From the human T2T-CHM13v2.0 reference genome, Homo sapiens: a DNA stretch of 64,000 nucleotides. Every line of letters begins with the position of its first letter. Positions within the stretch are counted from its first letter, which is position 1. Below the pieces are notes generated by a model. It was not told where the DNA came from. It saw nothing but the letters and a program-made list of their open reading frames with translations, and did not search any database. The position numbers and the translations under genes are program-made. Of this stretch, positions 59,454-64,000 are shown piece after piece. Where the stretch lies: the NCBI RefSeq assembly GCF_009914755.1, contig NC_060926.1; one strand, given 5' to 3'.

Positions 59454-59969
59454 CTATCTCATGTTTCCAGTCTGCATTTGGCTGCCATTTATGAGTGGCC
59501 AAGAGTAACCCCTCATGAATCTACATTAAGGCTCAGCATTTCACAAGTAGCTGATGAAATCAGTATTACTCAGATCAGAAAGGCACCGACCTAACCCTTA
59601 CCATCCCTTGCCCCCATTCCTCACTCCAGTCTTGTTATACCCAAGGTACAAATCGTTCCTGGAAGCAGCCCAGCATATGGGGGCACCCTAAGCCACACAC
59701 CCAGTCACACCATCTGGGCAATTTAAAAATAGGGCCAAATGGAGCATTTAGACTGGTCTGTCCAGCCAAGATCAGGAAATTGCCTCTAAAAGGTCAGATG
59801 ATTAAGATTATTGTACCAACAGTCTAGGATGTCAGTAATGAAAAAAAGCTTCTGGCAGAATGAATTTTCCTGACTTTACACATGGTGTTCCAGTTCTGAG
59901 TTGGGGTGAACAGCTTTGGGAAATCCCAAGATTTTTCTACTCCAGAAAATAGTGCTACTATGTACATTT

Positions 59970-60119
59970 ATGCACTGTGTGCCTTGCACAAAGGCCCCTA
60001 GTGAAGGGAATGAAGAGGGCTGAAATCTAGTCAAGCTCCCCTTATCAAGCTCTGCACCTGCTTAATGAAGGAGAGGGCGCCTTCTCTAATGCCCGCATGT
60101 ATGGGCTATTGAGGCCCTG
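59970..60119. mobile_element. MER91A-like hAT-Tip100 fragment
   Basis: gggctgaaatc...gggcgccttctctaat...gtatgggcta...ggccctg resembles the recalled MER91A consensus. Confidence 0.5.
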
Positions 60120-60472
60120 ATAGAATGCTAGCCTTTCTGCCATTTGGTTACTGAGCTTTATAGAAATTATATCCCCATTCTCAAAGCAGGAATTTTCTAG
60201 GATGAGTAATAGTTAAAACAAAATAAAACTACCCCTCCCCCACAAAATGGAATGGTTCTAAATATCACAAAAATTTATCTCCTCGGTCCCTTCTTTAGTC
60301 TTCCCTTCACCTTAGCTCTGCATGTTTTAATTTAGTTGGTTGGTTTTTCTTGACTTACACTGGGTGGGTATGTCTTTGGAGAGTAATGAGAGAAGAAACT
60401 TCCTAGTTCGTGTCCTAGTTTGGCTCTTAGAAGAAAAACAAAAAATGTTTTTGTGACCTGAGGAATACTAGG

Positions 60473-60940
60473 TAATATAGCTTGGATATTTGTCCTCTCC
60501 AAATCTCATTTTGAAATTTGATCCCCAGTGTTGGAGATGGGGTCTAGTGGGAGGTGTTTGGGTCTTAGGGGCGGATCCCTCATGAATGGCTTGGTGCCAT
60601 TCGTATGGGATTGAGTTCTTGCTCTTAGTTTTGGGGAGATCTGGTTGTCAAAAAGAGTCTGGCATCCTATTCAGTGCCTCCCTTCTCCCCTGCCTATTTC
60701 TCTCTCTTTCTCACTCTTTCTCTCTCTCTATCTCTCACTTCCTGCCATGTGATCTTTACATACCAGCTCCCCTTCCCCCTTCTGCCATGACTGGAAGCTT
60801 CCTGAAGTCCCTGCTAGAAGCAGAATAGAGTGCTATACTTCTTGTACAGCCTGCAGAACTATGTTCCAAATAAACCTCTTTTTGTTATAAATTACCCAGC
60901 CTCAGGTATTCCTTTATAGCAATGCAAATGGACTAAGACA
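60473..60940 (+). mobile_element. MaLR solo LTR (MSTA/MSTB-like)
   Basis: ccaaatctcat...gatccctcatgaatggcttgg...aaataaacctct...taaattacccagcctcaggtattcctttatagcaatgcaaatggactaagaca; 5-bp TSD ctagg/ctggg. Confidence 0.92.
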
Positions 60941-61749
60941 CTGGGTTTGGGGTTAGTTTTGGGGATGTACCTAGAACTCTTCAGTTAATGTAGTCTACTC
61001 TTATTTCTTAGTTATCAGTACATGAGGGGACCAGACTAAATAACCTCAGAGCTCATTCCTATAATTGTTTTCATACTCCATATTATAACTCTCCTAGAAT
61101 TATCTTCCCATCATGAATACCATTGTTTTGGGTTTCTCCACTATCACATTTCTAAGTCTTACAGATATAAATATTTTATGTTTGAGATTTGTCAACCAGG
61201 ATTGTTTGAATAAATGTATAATTCTCTACAACTGTTAAGTTTACTAATTTATCAAAATTGTTTCCATCACTTTTTCTGGAGAAAATAATGAATTCTAAAG
61301 TTTAGTTTAAAGTTAAAATAATGAATTTTAAAGTTTAATGAAGTTTAAGGTTTAAAAAATGATGTAATAGTTTACTATGTAAATACTATGTAAACTATTA
61401 CATCATTTTTTAAAGCTTGTCATTTTCCAAATAAACTTCTTATACATTATTGAAGTCTTCATAGTGAACTACATCTTGCATGTGATGGGTGCTCAGAATA
61501 TCTTAATGAGTGAATCAATGGATGGATGGATAAATGAATGACTATCTTTCATTTGATAAATATCCGCAAGCTATTTTGGTTTTTGACAAATTAGATGAAA
61601 CAGGTATTATGAAAAGACTTGGGAAAATTGAGGACAAATTAGTTAACTAGATACTATGAAAAGACTTGGGAAATTCATATTTTTAAAATTATTGAAATGT
61701 ATTAATTAATATGCATTTTAAGACATTGTTTAGGCATTCAGAAGCAAAA

Positions 61750-62620
61750 ACTGTTTATCCTTCCTTGGCAACAAACAGAACTCTAATTGTGTTCAGTTAT
61801 CTACTCTCCATGTGCTCTGGGGAGTTCCAGGGAGTGGATAAGGATTAGTTTAAGCCAGAATGGTAGTCCTAACCTTCTCATCAGTGATTGGTTTAGGCAT
61901 GGACACATGATAAAATTCTGACCAATAGCCTGACGGGTCTCTGATAAAGTTTCTTTTTGCTCTTTTTTTTATTTTGAGACAGTCTCACTCTGTTGCCCAG
62001 GCTGGAGTGCAGTGGTGCCATCTTGGCTAACTGCAACCTCACTGCAACCTCCAGCTTCCTGGGTTCAAGCAATTCTTGTGCCTCAGTCTCCTGAGTAGCT
62101 GGGACTACAGGCATGTACCACCATGCCTGGCTAATTTTTGTATTTTTAGTAGAGACAGGATTTCACCATGTTCGCCAGGCTGGTCCCGAACTCCTGACCT
62201 CAAGTGATCTACTTGCCTCGGCCTCCAAAGTGCTGGGATTACAGGTGTGAGCCACCGTGCTCAGCCTCTCCTTGCTCTTTAAAAAGAGATGTTTGGAAAC
62301 AAAGTTTCCTTTCTGCTATAGAATGTTATGTCTGCAAGCAGCATCTGATATAGCCTCTTTGCGACCAGGGGAGGAATTGGCCTGAGAACATGCTAAGGCA
62401 GGAAGAGCAGAAAGAGGGGAGGAACCTGGATCTTGGTGACATTATTGAGCTGCAGATTGAGCCGACTTGAATTCTCCTTGCTTCCTTCCTTCCTTCCTTC
62501 CTTCCTTCCTTCCTCCCTTCCTTCCTTCCAGTTCTTGTCATGTGAGACAGTAAATAACTTTATTGTTTAAGCCCTTTTGGGTTAGATTTTCTATTACATG
62601 AAGTTTAAAGCATTCTGATA
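61750..62620 (+). mobile_element. Old MaLR LTR (MLT1J/K-like) interrupted by an Alu, with (TTCC)n
   Basis: gtgattggtttaggcatggacacatga... / cttggtgacattattgagctgc...ttattgtttaagcc. Confidence 0.7.
61960..62266 (-). mobile_element. Alu
   Basis: Antisense dimer with a small internal duplication (actgcaacctc x2). Confidence 0.96.
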
Positions 62621-62921
62621 ACTTCATGTTTATTGATGTGTATAAATACTAATATATTCTATTATTTGGGGGATACAAAGAATTTGACTCAATAGTATCT
62701 TGTTCTATTGACATGTTCAATTATTAATCACTGATAACCCTGAATAACTAAATGTTATTACCACATTTAGGACAATATCCACGTCCACTGACATATGAAA
62801 TTTGGGCAATTTGCTTCTTTGGGAAGCATTATAAATCACAGAACAGCAGAGGATACAAAGACCCCCACAAGAGATCATCAAGATTTTCTTCTTCCCTTCT
62901 TTTTGTCATACACATTGCTGA

Positions 62922-63260
<339 letters not shown>

Positions 63261-63468
63261 AGTATTTGTATTTTGAATTAAAGTATGTATGTGAAAAATG
63301 AGAACACTGGCTCACTTCCTGGTAATATAAAATACAACATATCAGTAAAATCTTCCATGATTCTCCTAGTTCAGTGATCTCTTTCTACCCCTGTGTTACC
63401 TAATGCTGGCCTAAACTCCAGCGGCCTGTAGAGGAGATTGGTTTTTGTAGTTGTAAAATAATATTTTA

Positions 63469-63777
<309 letters not shown>

Positions 63778-64000
63778 TTATATTTAAAATTTTCTAATAA
63801 TGAAATGTTATCATAAGACCAAAGTAGATGTACTGGGCCTGGATCTTCATCCTTTCAGTCTGTCTTTGATTCTGACAGTGGCACCTCCAGCAACATTGAT
63901 CTTCTCTGGGGGCCCTGGGATAACACATTAGCTTCTAGAATGGCTTGGGGATTTCCTGCTTGTGTCCTATGAAAAGGACACAAACTGGCCACACATGTGT

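Overview
Primate, almost certainly human, genomic DNA containing the complete four-exon CD28 gene on the + strand: exon 1 CDS 22616-22667, exon 2 42554-42910, exon 3 45573-45697, exon 4 CDS 50709-50837. These join to 663 nt = 220 aa + stop, with MYPPPY, YMNM, PRRP and PYAP motifs, and a ~4 kb 3'UTR. About 22 kb of upstream and 9 kb of downstream flank are rich in Alu, L1, L2, MIR, hAT/Tigger and MaLR/ERVL repeats. Nearly all other ORFs in the track are repeat-derived or chance. I do not see an unambiguous new multi-gene system. The most interesting structure is: (i) splicing logic overlaid on CD28 (a GC-AG exitron whose pyrimidine tract is the MYPPPY codons, an alternative in-frame first exon, inverted Alus bracketing a stop-free 357-nt exon 2, a donor-like start to exon 4); (ii) a possible decayed Ig-V-like exon on the - strand at ~1004-1343 next to a 106-bp inverted repeat; (iii) a templated internal duplication inside a nested L1; (iv) a duplicated copy of the intron-2 5' end that ends in a consensus donor. 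Repeat subfamily names are recalled from consensus sequences and repeat boundaries are approximate unless TSDs are given.
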